Shown here: positions 24,264 to 37,207 of the stretch, one piece after another | Layout of the letters: every line of letters starts with the position of its first letter | How positions within the stretch are numbered: position 1 is the first letter of the stretch | NCBI GenBank assembly: GCA_964188305.1 | Contig: OZ076886.1 | Source of the DNA: Podarcis bocagei | Taxonomy: Eukaryota | Reading direction: 5' to 3' (one strand) | Length of the DNA: 64,000 nucleotides | Notes under the pieces: generated by a model | Seen by the model: only the letters and a program-made list of their open reading frames with translations | Database searches by the model: none | Told to the model about the DNA's origin: nothing | Translations under genes and position numbers: made by a program

Positions 24264-25168
24264 ATAGCATTGGCTTTAACAAAAATATTTATATTTTTTG
24301 CTGCAACTACTGCTAACTCAGTAAAAACACTCTGCTAACTCAGTAAAACACTCAGGGTGTTCTTGTTATAAGCCAACTAGTAAGCAACTCTGTATTAGCT
24401 GAGGTGCAAAGTATCTTCCCTAAGGTACCCATATAGCATTAGTCATACATTTTTGAGTTGATAGCAGCAGCAGCAGCAGCAAGGCTGTACTTCCTGAAAT
24501 ACTTCTGTATGTGCTCAAGACCAAATCCTATCCTAGGATTTTACTCAGAGTAGACCCATTGAAATTAATGGACCTAACTTAATCACGTTTTTAATTTCTG
24601 ATCTGAGTAAAACATAGCTGATTACCACCCTGATTTTATGACCTTCCTCTAATCAAGCAACATTAGCTGTTGTTGCATTGCAAAGCCAAGAGAGGTTCTT
24701 TGGAAAGCGAGCATATGGCCCAATCTCTAGACTGAATCAAGATGTGAAGTTATTTACTATCTCTTTGCTAGGTCAAGTAGCTTTTCAGAAGATACAGAAA
24801 GAACTACCTGTTTTTATTTCCAAAAGAGAAATTCATAATCTTCATCAGGCTTTTGAATTTTATATTCCCCCATTAGAATGAGAGGTGCTAATCAGGGAGA
24901 TGCTTTCTTTGGATGCTGCAGAAGGCACTCAGTGGCAGACATTCCTTGAGTGTTGTTTTTACTATGATAGGATTTGGATCTGTTTCTAAGAACTACTGCA
25001 AGGTGCTTTATCATCATGCCTAAGACTATGGTGGAAGCCAGTGGTTTATAACTGTTTCTTTGTACAATGGAGCAGGGTAGGGTTGCTCCATCTTGTCTCT
25101 CATGCTTTCATTAGAACTGTTCACCATTAAGGGCTATCCAATTTGGATAAAAACAAAGGAGTTCAAAG

Positions 25169-25717
25169 TAGGGATATGGGAGAAATTTGGTTCAATTCAC
25201 AAATTTAATGTGAGCCTGCCTAATTCACACTTCCTGAAACAATGGATGAACCAAAATCCTTCAGAACTCACCCATCTTTGAATTTTGTAATTAAAAGATA
25301 TTAGGGGAAGTACACAGAGAAATCCACATATTAGTGAAAATAGCATATGAAAATTCATTACATAAATCACATACAAAAATGTGTTATATTAGGGGAAACT
25401 GCTTGGAAAAATGGGGCATATTGCAGAAAATTGCATGCAAACATGTAAATATTAGTGGCGTGATCTCTTAGAGTAATCAAATAAAACTTTAACACATGGC
25501 ATGATGAAATTTTATCAGGACAAGTTATTTGTTGCTTACTGTTATAACAATTGTTTTCTCAAAATTTATCTTCTGTACCATGAAAATAAATAAAAAAGTA
25601 TAAAAATGTAAATATTAGGAAAAACACACTGGAAAGCTGGTGAATTTTCATGAGGACTTAAGACTGGGAATGTTAAAAACTGGGAGAACCTGAAATGGAC
25701 TGACTTGGCCATTCCTA
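25169..25717. mobile_element. Degenerate TAGGGATG-ended hAT-type element
   Basis: tagggatatgggagaaatt...ccattccta; interior resembles 41551-41967. Confidence 0.55.
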
Positions 25718-26822
25718 GGGTTCTGAACATTGAAAGCTGTATGTAAATTGCTGGAACCCCAGGCCCTCTTGCATTTTACAATTTGGAGAAAGAACATAAT
25801 GAACTTTGTTTCCCAAATCTTCAGTTACGTCATCCACTTACAGTTACGTCAATACAGTGTCTATCCAAACAACCAAAGGGAACGTTAACAGTGCTTTCTT
25901 TCTAGAAAAATAGGTATCAGTATGTACCATGAAGTTGTTATAGTAAGTGGCACACTTTTTAACAACAACAAAAAAGAGGTAAGAGGTACCAGTACTGCGT
26001 CCCCTTGAATACTCCCTCCAAAAAAAAGCACCAGTGTTGACTCAGTTTGTGGGTCTTCTGACACTTAATTTTTTTTTCTCCCTGGCAAACTTATTTCTGT
26101 GGGAAATTCTTTCCCAAGGGATGCTTTGTTAATCTTTTTTAAAACTATACTGAAGCTGGCCTTCTAGATCACAAAGAGGCTTTATCCCTTACTTTTAATT
26201 GCTGCCAAAATAGAATTGGCAGAGATGTGGAGATTATACTCTTTGTCTACTCCTGAGCACTGATTCTGTCAGATTCAGTGGCAGGGAAAACACACACATC
26301 ATCTTCAAGTTTCCCAAGGAAGGGCTAAACCCAATGACCTTTTAGTTGCGCTGATGCTCTTTCTGTCATTTTCTGGTAGCAAGGACTAAAAAAGAGAGAG
26401 AGAGAGAGAACTCGGCAAGTACCGGGGAAAAATTGTTTCTTAAAGTGTCATTATAGGAAACATGACATTCCTGTTCACTGTGGCAGTCAGTTTTGGCACC
26501 ATCTTTTTGGACATGGCTTTCTTAGCTCTTACTGTCACTACGCCACACAAGCACATAAGTGTGTGCATGTTTATCCTGACAGCTTATCTGCTTTCTTTTC
26601 TTCCTTCCCTACATGTTCCCCTTTTCGGAAGCAAAATACAAGGGAATAGCTAGCAAACCATGTCCTGTTTTTTCAGCTTTCCACATGCACCTGACTGACC
26701 CCGTTGGAGAAAGAACGTTGATCTAGAGAAACACCCTGGCAATTCTTGGGTGGTTCATGTGCATTGTGACACAATTCGCATATGTGACACAAAAGCTGTT
26801 TTGTAAACTGCTTAGGGGAATA

Positions 26823-27048
26823 CAGTGGTACCTCGGGTTACATACGCTTCAGGTTACAGACTCCACTAACCCAGAAATAGTACCTCGGGTTAAGAACTTT
26901 GCTTCAGGATGAGAACGGAAATCATGCAGCGGTGGCGCAGCAGCAGCATGAGGCCCCATTAGCTAAAGTGGTGCTTCAGGTTAAGAACAGTTTCAAGTTA
27001 AGAACAGACATCCAGAACGAATTAAGTTCTTAACCTGAGGTACCACTG
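26823..27048. mobile_element. Tc1/mariner-type MITE (family A, copy 1)
   Basis: TA|CAGTGGTACCTCGGGTTA ... TAACCTGAGGTACCACTG; right TA altered. Confidence 0.92.
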
Positions 27049-27080
27049 ATTAGTTAAATAAATAAATAAATGAAGACATA

Positions 27081-27295
27081 CAGTGGTACCTCGGGTTACA
27101 AACGCTTCAGGTTACAGACTCCGCTAACCCGGAAGTAGTACCTCGGGTTAAGAACTTTACCTCAGTATGAGAACAGAAATTGTGCAGCAGCAGGAGGCGG
27201 CCCCATTAGCTAAAGTGGTACCTCAGGTTAAGAATGGTTTCAGGTTAAGAACGGACCTCCAGAACAAATTAAGTTCGTAACCCAAGGTACCACTG
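27081..27295. mobile_element. Tc1/mariner-type MITE (family A, copy 2)
   Basis: TA|CAGTGGTACCTCGGGTTAC ... GTAACCCAAGGTACCACTG|TA; 32 bp from copy 1. Confidence 0.92.
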
Positions 27296-27572
27296 TAGAA
27301 TCGTAGATGGTCTCTCGGGTCATCTAGCCTTACCTTCTGCTAATGCAGGAAATCTGCAGATCCAGCATCCCTGGTTGGTTGGTTGGTTGGTTGGTTGGCC
27401 ATCCAGCCTCTGCTGTAATGTAGGCATGTCTGCCGCCCTCCAAATCAGTGTATTTTGCTTGTTTGACAATCTCCCCTCTCCTCCTTCCATGTGGTGTTCT
27501 GTGTGTTCTCTTGGCCCTCCTTTAAGTGGATTTGAAGGAGGAGGAGAAGGGGGGAGCCCCATTGCACTAGTG

Positions 27573-27708
27573 CAGGCATCCCCAAACTTGGCCTTCCAGA
27601 TGTTTTGGGACTACAATTCCTATCATCCCTGACCACTGGTCCTGTTAGCTAGGGATGATGGGAGTTGTAGTCCCAAAACATCTGGAGGGCCGAGTTTGGG
27701 GATGCCTG
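27573..27708. mobile_element. hAT-type hairpin MITE (long near-perfect inverted repeat)
   Basis: caggcatccccaaacttggccttccagatgttttgggactacaa ... ttgtagtcccaaaacatctggagggccgagtttggggatgcctg. Confidence 0.9.
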
Positions 27709-28793
27709 CAGTTAGTGGGAGTACTTGCATTGGCTTCCACTTGTGGGATAAGTTTGTTGAATCTGGCCCTTAGATTTTATCACGGTCTCCCAGAGCAATT
27801 CGTGGAAAGGTGACTGAGAGAGCAAAGAAAATCAAGCAGCACAGAATGTCCTCCGCTAACATGAGAAACAAAACAGTGTTTGAGGCCATTTATTTTAGAA
27901 CACGATGAGTAAAGAGAGGAGGGTGCATTGATTTTAATGCAAAGAGATTGGAAGAGGCAAATGAGAGGGCTGGAAGGGACTTCCAGAGCTGTCAGTTTTA
28001 TCTCTTTTAACTCAGAATAAGTTTTAACTATAGCAATAGGCCATAAAATTTAGTCATCCTCCACTGATTACCCTGTATTCCAGTGAATCTCCGGCCTGAG
28101 CAGCCAAATTATTATAAGGGAACTTTGCTGGATGTCAGTTTCCACATTTCCATTTCAAAGTGCTGCTTTAGATTTTCAAAGCCCTAAATGTCTTTGAATG
28201 GCAGCCCTCATTCCCCCCGAAATGAAGCATGTGCCAATGAACTTCTGCTTTTGGTGCATATTGAAAACTTCTCTTTTCACGAAAAGCTTCTTGGAGTTGC
28301 TGTTGGGGTTGTGTTTTATTGTATCTTACTGCACTCTGGGAAGTTTGAACAGTATTTAATGCTGTTTTGTTCTGGAGGCATTGTCTGCCTTTTACTCTTC
28401 TGTATTTCACTTTGAGGGGAGGCCCTTTTAACATGAGCAACATGAGCTGTGGTGGTGAAAGAAGAAATAGAAGCCCAGTTAATTTCCCCCCCAAAAGGAG
28501 CTAAAAGACCGTTAGGCAGAAATTGTGGCAAATCTGGGTAATCTGAGCACACTATGAATGCTGCAGGAACTACAACAAAATATGATAAAATCAAAACAAT
28601 TTAAAAACTACAATTAGACACTTAAGTTAGAATTGGAAGATCTCAATAACACAAGTAGGCGGTTCAATCTGCATGTAAAGTGGCAGATAAGAGAGAAGAT
28701 ATGAAGAATTTCATATCAAAATGGCTGGTATCCTTAACAGGAGACTACCAAATTCTGCCCCCCAAAAAAGCTGGAAAAGGCACTTGGGCTTTG

Positions 28794-28795
<2 letters not shown>

Positions 28796-28863
<68 letters not shown>

Positions 28864-28866
28864 ACA
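28796..28866. repeat. Compound microsatellite (TC)n(CA)n
   Basis: Directly visible. Confidence 0.97.
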
Positions 28867-30314
28867 TTCCATGTTTCAGCAGATTCCCTAAAAAGGAGGG
28901 GTTATTTAAGAAACTGAGAATAATAATATTAATAATAAATGATCTATAGATCAAATCCTGAAATCTTTCAAATCTTACTGCATTAGATCTGTCGGCAGCC
29001 TGAGGGATTTAATATGCAGCTGGACCAAAACCCAGTTGCCTCTCTTTATTTCTGCTGTGGTGACTCAGCATTTTGGCAAGGCAGCAGGTCCCTGATACAT
29101 TAGCATGCCAAACTCCTGTATTTAGGATCACATTCAAATTATAATGGCAAACCGCTTGCAATGATCTGCCAAATCACTTGCTTATGATAGCTCGATGGAA
29201 ATGGCTGCCAATTAGCGTAGAGTTGCTTATTTTTGTTCCCTACTACTTTGAGAAGCCAAGGAATAAATGCAAGACGAAAGCAAAGGTGAATCAGTCAGTG
29301 TAGCTAAATAGTACTTGAATGTGTAATGTGAAACAATTAAAAAGAAATCAACGGGAGAAAACGCCATGTTTAAGGTGGCAGTGCATGACCCACGTGACAG
29401 GAGCATCTTGTAAATACTATGGGAAGCTTGTTATATGATCCAATTACCTTGTGCTAATGTTAGATGTGTTCTGAACTATAGCATTGCTCAGTGGCATGTA
29501 CTGATTATGAACCAGAAGGGCACAAGTTAGCTTCTGCTTTTCACACAGTTAGTTTTATTAATTCTATCAGGCAGTCTTGCTACACATTTCTCTAATTCCG
29601 TGTACCTTTGATGTGCTCTGCTGCCTGCCCTCCTGGTTGTCTTTCAGTGCTGTGTTCTAGATTCTCCCCACTCCCAGCCCAGATCGTTTCAAGTCAGCTG
29701 AGACTATGGCAGGTGACGGGACGGGGGCGGGCAGGGCTTAGTACTAAGGTTTTGGTTTTAATTGTATTTTATGGTTTTTGTATATCTTATAGATATGTTT
29801 GCCACAATCCTAAATAATGTTATATTATCAAATATTGCCCGGTGTAGATACGTATCTCCAGTCGCAAGCATGGAAGGCGATATTCCTTATATGTGTTAAA
29901 TAATGCAACATGGGAAATACTGCATGTGCTCCAAAGAACAAAATCACATTTTCTCTTGTACTCAAAAGCAGCACTGATACCATGATCCAGGATGCCTTCC
30001 TCTGAAATAGTAAGAAATCAATCCAGCTGTACAGGAACTCAGCTCCTATCCAGCTGCAAATCATTTCTGTTATACAGGTTTCATGAAAAATAGGAGAGCC
30101 TGGTTTTGTCACTGCCACTTGGAAAGCCAGCAGCAGTTTAAATGTTAACACTGTGCAGGAGTTGTGATATGCCTGCGTTCCTGCCCCTTCTTCATTTTGC
30201 CATTTCAGATTAAAATAATAATAATAATGGCTCCTGTTGAAAGCAGGAAGGCCAATAACTGCAGGGAGCAAAATCCTCCTTTGCAATAACCTGTGAGTTG
30301 TCTCCACATTACAG

Positions 30315-30424
30315 GTTCTTGATGAAGCTCTGAAGATTTGCAATTACATCTTCACGGTCATCTTTGTCATGGAATCTGTTTTCAAGCTGATTGCATTTGG
30401 GTTTCGTCGGTTCTTTCAAGACAG
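30315..30424 (+). CDS. CACNA1G: CACNA1G exon 28: IVS2
   Basis: ttacag|...AG|gtaagt; 110 nt; [37 protein letters not shown]. Confidence 0.97.
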
Positions 30425-30675
30425 GTAAGTCCTAAAGAATTTTAGGTTTTGCATTTTCTGTTCTAGTCAGTGATATATCCAGACTTTACTAACTCTATAA
30501 TAGTACTCTATATAATAGTTTTAAAATTGTTTGACGTGTTTCATCACAAAAATTGCTTGAGGTGGTGCATCGGTTCATGAGTCAGTTCCGGAATAACTGA
30601 AATGACTGGAATCCTTTTGTCACCAATGCAAATATTTTAGCAGTTTTTTCTGCTTGATTTCTGTGTTGCTTTCAG

Positions 30676-30809
30676 GTGGAACCAATTAGACCTGGCAATA
30701 GTGCTGTTGTCCATCATGGGGATTACGCTGGAAGAGATTGAGGTGAATGCCTCACTGCCTATCAACCCCACCATTATCCGCATCATGAGGGTCCTGAGGA
30801 TTGCTCGAG
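30676..30809 (+). CDS. CACNA1G: CACNA1G exon 29: IVS3 and S4 voltage sensor
   Basis: tttcag|G...G|gtcagt; 134 nt; [44 protein letters not shown] with R-x-x periodicity. Confidence 0.97.
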
Positions 30810-31870
30810 GTCAGTCTCCCCTTACTCCTGGGGCATTCCAGCCACACAATTTCTGTTCCCAGTGGAACTGTTAATTCCTGGCATTGTAAGGTTTCCTATG
30901 CAGCACAGCTATACTTCCAAGCATAAACTGCCTAGCTAATAGACACCTCAATGTGCTTCGTCCTGCTATTACCTGCAAGTCATTTTGGGTTGGGTTATAT
31001 TACACTCCCCCCCCCCAGGAGCTCAATGTGATGTGCAAGGTTTGATTCTCCCCAATTTTGTCAATGCAACAACACTTTGTGCTGAGAGAGTGAGTGCAGC
31101 TGGCCCAAGGTCACCAAGTGGCCTCTGTGACTGCGTGGGGAGTTGAACATGGATCATTCTAGTCCTAGACTGACAGTCTTGTGTTTACTCAGAAGTAGCT
31201 CTTTCCATCACTGCTATGACCAGTTAGTTGTGTGGCAGGCATTACATACAGGGAAGGACCAGAATTGCTTGGCCTTCAGGCACTCTAGATGAACATCTGC
31301 CATCTATATTCCCAGTAGGGTGGTGGTACCAACTCCAAGCAACAAAGCACTAAAGGGTTTTGTTACAGAATGTCTGGAGCTGGTGGCATTAGTTCTTAGC
31401 TTATGAAGTGCTTAGTTCTGAAGGTTATGAGTTCATGTTATTTCTTATCCAGTCTTCTTGTGATGGAAATCGATGGGGATACACTTGGCTTCTTAATTCT
31501 TTAGCTTGAAGCTGAATTCTGTTATCAGTATATCAGATAGATTTCTGACCTTTCCAAACCAGTTTACTTTACTCAGCAGCGGTAGTCACCACCAGGAGAA
31601 AAGGTCACTCTTGTATTCCTGCCACAGTGTCAGCAGCACCCAATTTAGTGAGTGAAGGAGATGGCCATGATGTTCACAGGTTTTTCTACTTGTTATGAAC
31701 ATTCTGACAACAACAGAGCGCTTCATTATAATGCGGCCTTGCATTTTCACCTCTAGTGAAGGATGCTTGCCACATCACTTGGGGAGCCTGATATGCTTTC
31801 TGAAATATTTATTTCCTTTTCACATGCCGATTGTGTGACAATAATGCAGAGGACATTTCATTTTCTGCAG

Positions 31871-31941
31871 TGTTGAAACTGCTGAAGATGGCTGTAGGGA
31901 TGAGAGCTCTGCTGGACACAGTGATGCAAGCACTGCCTCAG
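31871..31941 (+). CDS. CACNA1G: CACNA1G exon 30: IVS4 end and S4-S5 linker
   Basis: ctgcag|...CAG|gtaacc; 71 nt; [24 protein letters not shown]. Confidence 0.97.
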
Positions 31942-32544
31942 GTAACCTTTGTGTCTTTATCATAAAGACCTCTGCTGAGTTGCCCTCATTTTCTAATTTT
32001 CTTGCGAAATCTGTGAGTTGTTGTTGTTGTTGTTGTTTTGGCATATCTCCCTTATGTGTTTTTTCTCTGTGCTTAGAACTACCTTTACTATGAATTTAGT
32101 AAGTGTTCATTCTAATGGTTGGGGGGGATCTCCAGATTGGGCAAGATGCTTTATCACAGTTCCTCAAATCTCGTTTTAGTTTAGCTTATCCTCTGCTCAG
32201 CCTCATTCTTCACATGCCGCCTTTCATATGGTTGGAGCAAATAAGAATGCTGCTGGATCAGGCCACCCTTCTAATCCAGCACTCTGTTCTCACCATGGCC
32301 AACCAGCATGGGAAGCCCACAAGCAGGACATGAATGCTTCTTCCTCTCAGTCGTGGGATTTATTTTTATTTTATTTTTTAAAGCTAAATACATGTTAAAT
32401 ACATGTTTTGACAGCTGTGTGCATACACCTCAAAACAAACCAGTAGCTCAATGCAATGAACAGTGGCAGAAAGGAGTAAGAGAGGAAACTTCCCTGTGGT
32501 AAAATGGCTGGGGTCGTGCACGGTCAGAAACAATCCACCTTAAA

Positions 32545-32640
32545 AAAAATAAAAATAACAATTTATTATTTATACCCCGCCCATCTGGCTGAGTTTCCCC
32601 AGCGACTCTGGGCAGCTCCCAATCAAGTGTTAAAAACCAC
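32545..32640 (-). mobile_element. L2 3' terminal fragment
   Basis: ttattatttataccccgcccatctggctg...ctctgggc is the reverse complement of an L2-type tail like 11700-11760. Confidence 0.65.
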
Positions 32641-32728
32641 AGAACCATAGAAAAAGGAAATTAATACATGGGATTGCTTTTAAATTGTTGGAGCAGGAGA
32701 AAATATAAAGGCAACATTACGTATGACT

Positions 32729-32870
32729 GCCAGGGTAGCTCAGTCGTTAGAGCACGAGACTCTTAGTCTCAGCATTGTGGGCTTGAGCCCCACTTTGGGC
32801 AAAAGATTCCTGCACTGCAGTGGGTTGGACTAGGTTACCCTTGTGGTCCCTTCCATCTCTATGATTTATG
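32729..32870 (+). mobile_element. SINE-like chimera: tRNA-Lys(CTT)-derived head plus CR1 3' tail
   Basis: gccagggtagctcagtcgttagagcacgagactCTTagtctcag...gagccccactttgggc, then agattcctgcactgcagtgggttggactag...ggtcccttcca. Confidence 0.82.
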
Positions 32871-33072
32871 GCAGGATCAGTGCTCCTCATGAACAGGAGG
32901 CATTGTAGGGAAGTCACTGAGTGGCACTTCAAGGGTGAACTAACTTTCAGGGGGGGTGGACTTCAAAGTAGACTATTGTGTGACCCACAGCAGTTTGCAA
33001 TGTGGTGGACTGAACAAGGTATTTGCTATCTTTCTAAGCAGAAATTAAACAAATAAATCAGATAGTCTAGAG

Positions 33073-33190
33073 CAGGGTAGCCAACATGGTGCTCTTGAGA
33101 TGTTGTTCCCATCAGTCCTGACCAGGTTGGGGTTGATGGGAGTTGGGGTTCTGCAACATCTGGACAGCACCACCATGTTGGCTATCCCTC
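33073..33190. mobile_element. Degenerate hAT hairpin MITE
   Basis: cagggtagccaacatggtg...caccatgttggctatccct; flanks gtctagag/atctagaa. Confidence 0.65.
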
Positions 33191-33842
33191 ATCTAGAATT
33201 ACTCTGACTTTGGAATGGAATTTCAATGGCCATCTGCTTTTCTCTTAGAGGTGGGATAGAAACTCTCAAAACCAGAGGAAATTGAATAGCCTGGAGTTCT
33301 AGGTGGAACTGTTCGGGAATGGCAATGCAACATTGTGGGCATAAGGCAACAATCTGTATTGTGCACGATCTGGTATTGTGCTTGTGCAGCAGACAGTGCG
33401 CAACATTAAATGACAGTCCTTGACAGGGCAAGACTATGTACTCTGTTTATAAAGTTTTAAATGCATAATTTTTTTTTTTTTTTTTTTTTACTAAAACTGT
33501 TTGCCCAGTAGAATTGGGAAGCCACTTTTCCATCAGAAATAGGTTTTGACTATTCAGCCAAGTAACAATACAAACTTTCTTGAAACTATTTCTATCTGTT
33601 TGTATGCTTTTTCTCCACCTGCCTAGGATTGAAGCTTTTGTATTTATTCACTGGCACAGTAAATCATGAGACTGGGCTACTACTAGTGGTTAGACAGGAG
33701 TTGTTAAAGTTACTGAGGGAAAAGAGACAAAGGCAGCCTATACAATGGAGGCTAATGTGGTACATCTCCGATAATGGGGGTTACTTAAGAGAAATACATC
33801 AATGATTTTTTTTATTTCCCTCCTTTTCTTTTCTCTTTACAG

Positions 33843-33921
33843 GTGGGGAATCTGGGTCTTCTCTTCATGTTGTTGTTTTTCATATTTGCAGCTCTTGGGG
33901 TGGAGCTGTTTGGAGACCTTG
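33843..33921 (+). CDS. CACNA1G: CACNA1G exon 31: IVS5
   Basis: tttacag|...G|gtaagt; 79 nt; [26 protein letters not shown]. Confidence 0.97.
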
Positions 33922-34035
33922 GTAAGTTCTCTGCTCCACCAGTTTGTTGCACAGAATTGGATAAGGCAGAGTAACGTAGTTATTTGTCAAGAAAACAAAT
34001 AGCTAAATTGCCTTTATTTTTGGTTGGTCATACAG

Positions 34036-34157
34036 AATGTGACGATACTCATCCCTGTGAGGGCTTAGGGCGGCATGCAACTTTTCGCAACTTTGGGATG
34101 GCTTTTCTCACACTCTTCCGTGTATCCACAGGAGACAACTGGAATGGGATAATGAAG
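34036..34157 (+). CDS. CACNA1G: CACNA1G exon 32: domain IV pore loop
   Basis: atacag|...AAG|gtaaaa; 122 nt; [41 protein letters not shown] (TGDNW filter aspartate). Confidence 0.97.
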
Positions 34158-34586
34158 GTAAAATCCCCATTAGAATGAGTGTTGATATAGTAAGACAGAT
34201 GTTCTTATGGTTTGAGGAATTCATGCTAGGACAGTGCTGAATAGTTCCATGTTGATGTTTGCACAGAAATCAGCTATTGCGGCAAGGTTGTGTGCATTGG
34301 CCATTTGTATGAGTGAGAAGCCTTTGTGTGCCCTCCACATGATAATGGGGTGTTTAGGAAGGCTACGTTTGGCAGAAAAGGTTTACCGACATCAGTAAAC
34401 AAGTTCCAGAAATTCCATATAAACTCTGTGGAGGATGAAGGAAATTAACCTGAAGAGATTCTACAGTGGGTTTTGCTTTTGGACTTGAAGCTGAAAAGCC
34501 CAATCTGATTCATGGACACAGTTGCCCAGAGCTCTCTCATAAGCCACGACTATTCCCACCTCCCGTCCCTCTGTTCCTTCCTTTAG

Positions 34587-34931
34587 GACACTCTGCGAGA
34601 CTGCGATGAGGAATCCACCTGCTACAACACCGTCATCTCGCCAATCTATTTCGTGTCATTTGTGCTGACAGCTCAGTTTGTCCTGGTGAATGTGGTGATT
34701 GCTGTACTCATGAAGCACCTAGAGGAAAGTAACAAGGAAGCGAAAGAGGAAGCAGAACTGGAATTGGAACTGGAGATGGAAATGAAGACAATCACCCCGG
34801 GCCAGCATCCGCCCTCTGACCCTTTCATATGGGCAGGCAGTAATGCAGGAGAAAGACCTGAGAGCCCCGGAGGATATGCCAATCCCATGCAAATCAAGGT
34901 GGATTCTCAACTCTCATTGGTTCATCCTATG
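34587..34931 (+). CDS. CACNA1G: CACNA1G exon 33: IVS6 and proximal C-terminus
   Basis: ctttag|GAC...ATG|gtgaga; 345 nt, phase 0-0; [59 protein letters not shown]... Confidence 0.96.
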
Positions 34932-36882
34932 GTGAGAATCTTAGGTGGTGGGTGAAGTGGGGAGTAGCTAGTACTTTCCTCAGATAGCATTTGCACAGAT
35001 TCCAAAAAGTCTTGAGTGTATTAATGTATAAGGGAGTTGTATTCCTTTTTTCCTGTGAGTAAAAAATCCCTATTCAGCTAAGTGCAGACAATGAAATTGA
35101 ATGTCCATATAGGATTGCAATGATGAGAGCCATGAGAGCATGTTATGAGTTGGCAGGTTATGTTGATGGGAGATGAGGGATGTGCAGCAGGTGGCTACAA
35201 GAAGTGCATTAAACAGGCACAAGATACCCACTCACTCTCTCAGCTATATGTCTGGTATACATATAATACATTTATTCAGATGTGTCCCAGCCATAACTTT
35301 GGATGAATGACTGTCTCGCCCCACAGAACTCTTTTTTCAGTGGAAATTTATGTGTTAACATGGTTATTTGAGCACATGATGAAAGAGGAATACAGCTCCT
35401 AAAATGTAAAGTTATGTGACTGGCAGCATGCTTCTTTGCTTGCATGTTCCGTAAAGTATATGCACTGTGTTCATAAGGGTATATGTCATCATACATACTT
35501 GCCTGCATAGAGAGTACTGCTTTTAAGTGATCGGCCATCATATTGCTTGAGAAGCTTTTATGCTATGTATTAATATTCAGGTGTAAGCACTTGAGAAAAC
35601 ACTTTTGAAATTGGGAGCCTGTCATTTGGAACTTGGGTTAAAATTTTCAAAAGCTCATAGGTCTTCCGAATCCCAAACTTCCTGCTGGACTATCTCAGGC
35701 GCTACAGAATCCTAAATTCACTTATTCAGCAATATGTCCCATTGAAGTTAGTGGGTCTTACTGCTGAGGAAGCATGCATAGGACTGGACTATTCAGCATC
35801 GCACAAACCCCAAAATTAATCATCATGGAAGTCAAAGGGAACTAGGTTATGGCCATGAATAACTTAAATCAGAGTATTTAGATTTCATCTGCGGTATAGA
35901 ATAATTGAATTTTCCCCAACTAGTAGCAAAAGCCTGAGGTGTAGTTCAGATTTCCAAATCAGCTGGGTTGTCACTGGATCCTACACCAATCCAGTGACAT
36001 TTGGGTGCCAGACTCAGGTAGGTACTCCTCATATCTGTGTTTGTGATCTGATGCAGGGTGACAGATTCACTGGCAGCCATGTGATCTGTCACACAGGCTG
36101 TGATCTGTCACACAAGCGACTCCAGCCTTCAAAGATAGTTTACACAGTATAGGACCTAGCCTTGGGAAATACCAACCACACTGCAAGCACTATGCATAAC
36201 AGCACCAGCAGACAAAACAGAAGTCGAAACCCACTGAGTTTTGTCACTTTTTGTGCTTTTGAAAATTTAATCAGTGGCCTAATTTTCAGAGGGGCCAACA
36301 CTTGAGTCACCGAGCACAACTGCAAATCATCCAGCATCTCTCAAGGCCATTTCTGTTTCTTACATGGTTAAGTGATGCCAAAGTGTGGATTTTTTTTTTT
36401 CAGGCTTAATGCTGGGCTCCCATCCCCACCTCCATTTTAAATTGTGCATATTGTTGTTTAGCTATGCTGCAGTTTTGTTCCCTGCTATCAAGTAGGATGG
36501 CTCTGCAAAGTAGAAATATTTCTATCAGTAGCCACTTACGAATGAATGAATGAATGTAATGTGTCCCACCAGTCTTAGAGCACTATCGTGTTTAGTTTTG
36601 GTCTAGTGTGTAGCAACGTCTAAGAAAGGTTCTGACTGTGGTATTACTGCACTGTTCTTTTTCCCCTCTCTGTCTCTGTCTTCCCTTCCTGGCCATTTCA
36701 ACAACTGCTGTTCTGTCTGAAAACATTCTTTTTCTTTTTCTGTCTCTTCTCCTCTTTTCTGTCTCTCATGCATTCATTATCTCTTCTTTCTCTTCTTCCA
36801 CTCCCCCTACCTTGCCCCGCTTCTGCCCCTCTCTTTTGGCCCGGCTTATCCTTTTCTGCATGCTATATGGCACTCCTCCCAG

Positions 36883-37023
36883 GAAAGACACTTGTTTGAT
36901 ACCATATCACTGCTGATCCAGGAATCTCTAGAAGGAGAGTTGAAGCTGATGGACAACTTATCAGGCTCTGTGTGCCATCATTATGCCCTTCCAACTACTG
37001 ACAATTACAACTCTGAGAAACAG
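36883..37023 (+). CDS. CACNA1G: CACNA1G cassette exon 34 (141 nt)
   Basis: ctcccag|GAA...CAG|gttaat; [47 protein letters not shown], resembling mammalian [24 protein letters not shown]. Not in the ORF track. Confidence 0.92.
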
Positions 37024-37207
37024 GTTAATATTACTAATTTCCTGAAAAGTTTCTATCTAAATTTAGATTGAAACCTTTATTACAAAAGAGAGAGAGGGTT
37101 TCTTACTTTTATCTAATGTAGGCGTATCAAGGCCGAAAGTGACTAAAAACTACTTTTGTAGAATGGCAAATGCATTTCTATTTGTTTAAGAGGAGATGGG
37201 TATTTAC

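Noticed and set aside
29828-30343. 171-aa minus-strand ORF
   Set aside because: No recognisable domain; partly antisense to exon 28; consistent with a chance ORF
32729-32801. tRNA-Lys-like sequence (and tRNA-Asn-like at ~15385-15458) as functional tRNA genes
   Set aside because: Mutated T-loop/B-box, fused to a CR1 tail, no oligo-T terminator; these are SINE heads
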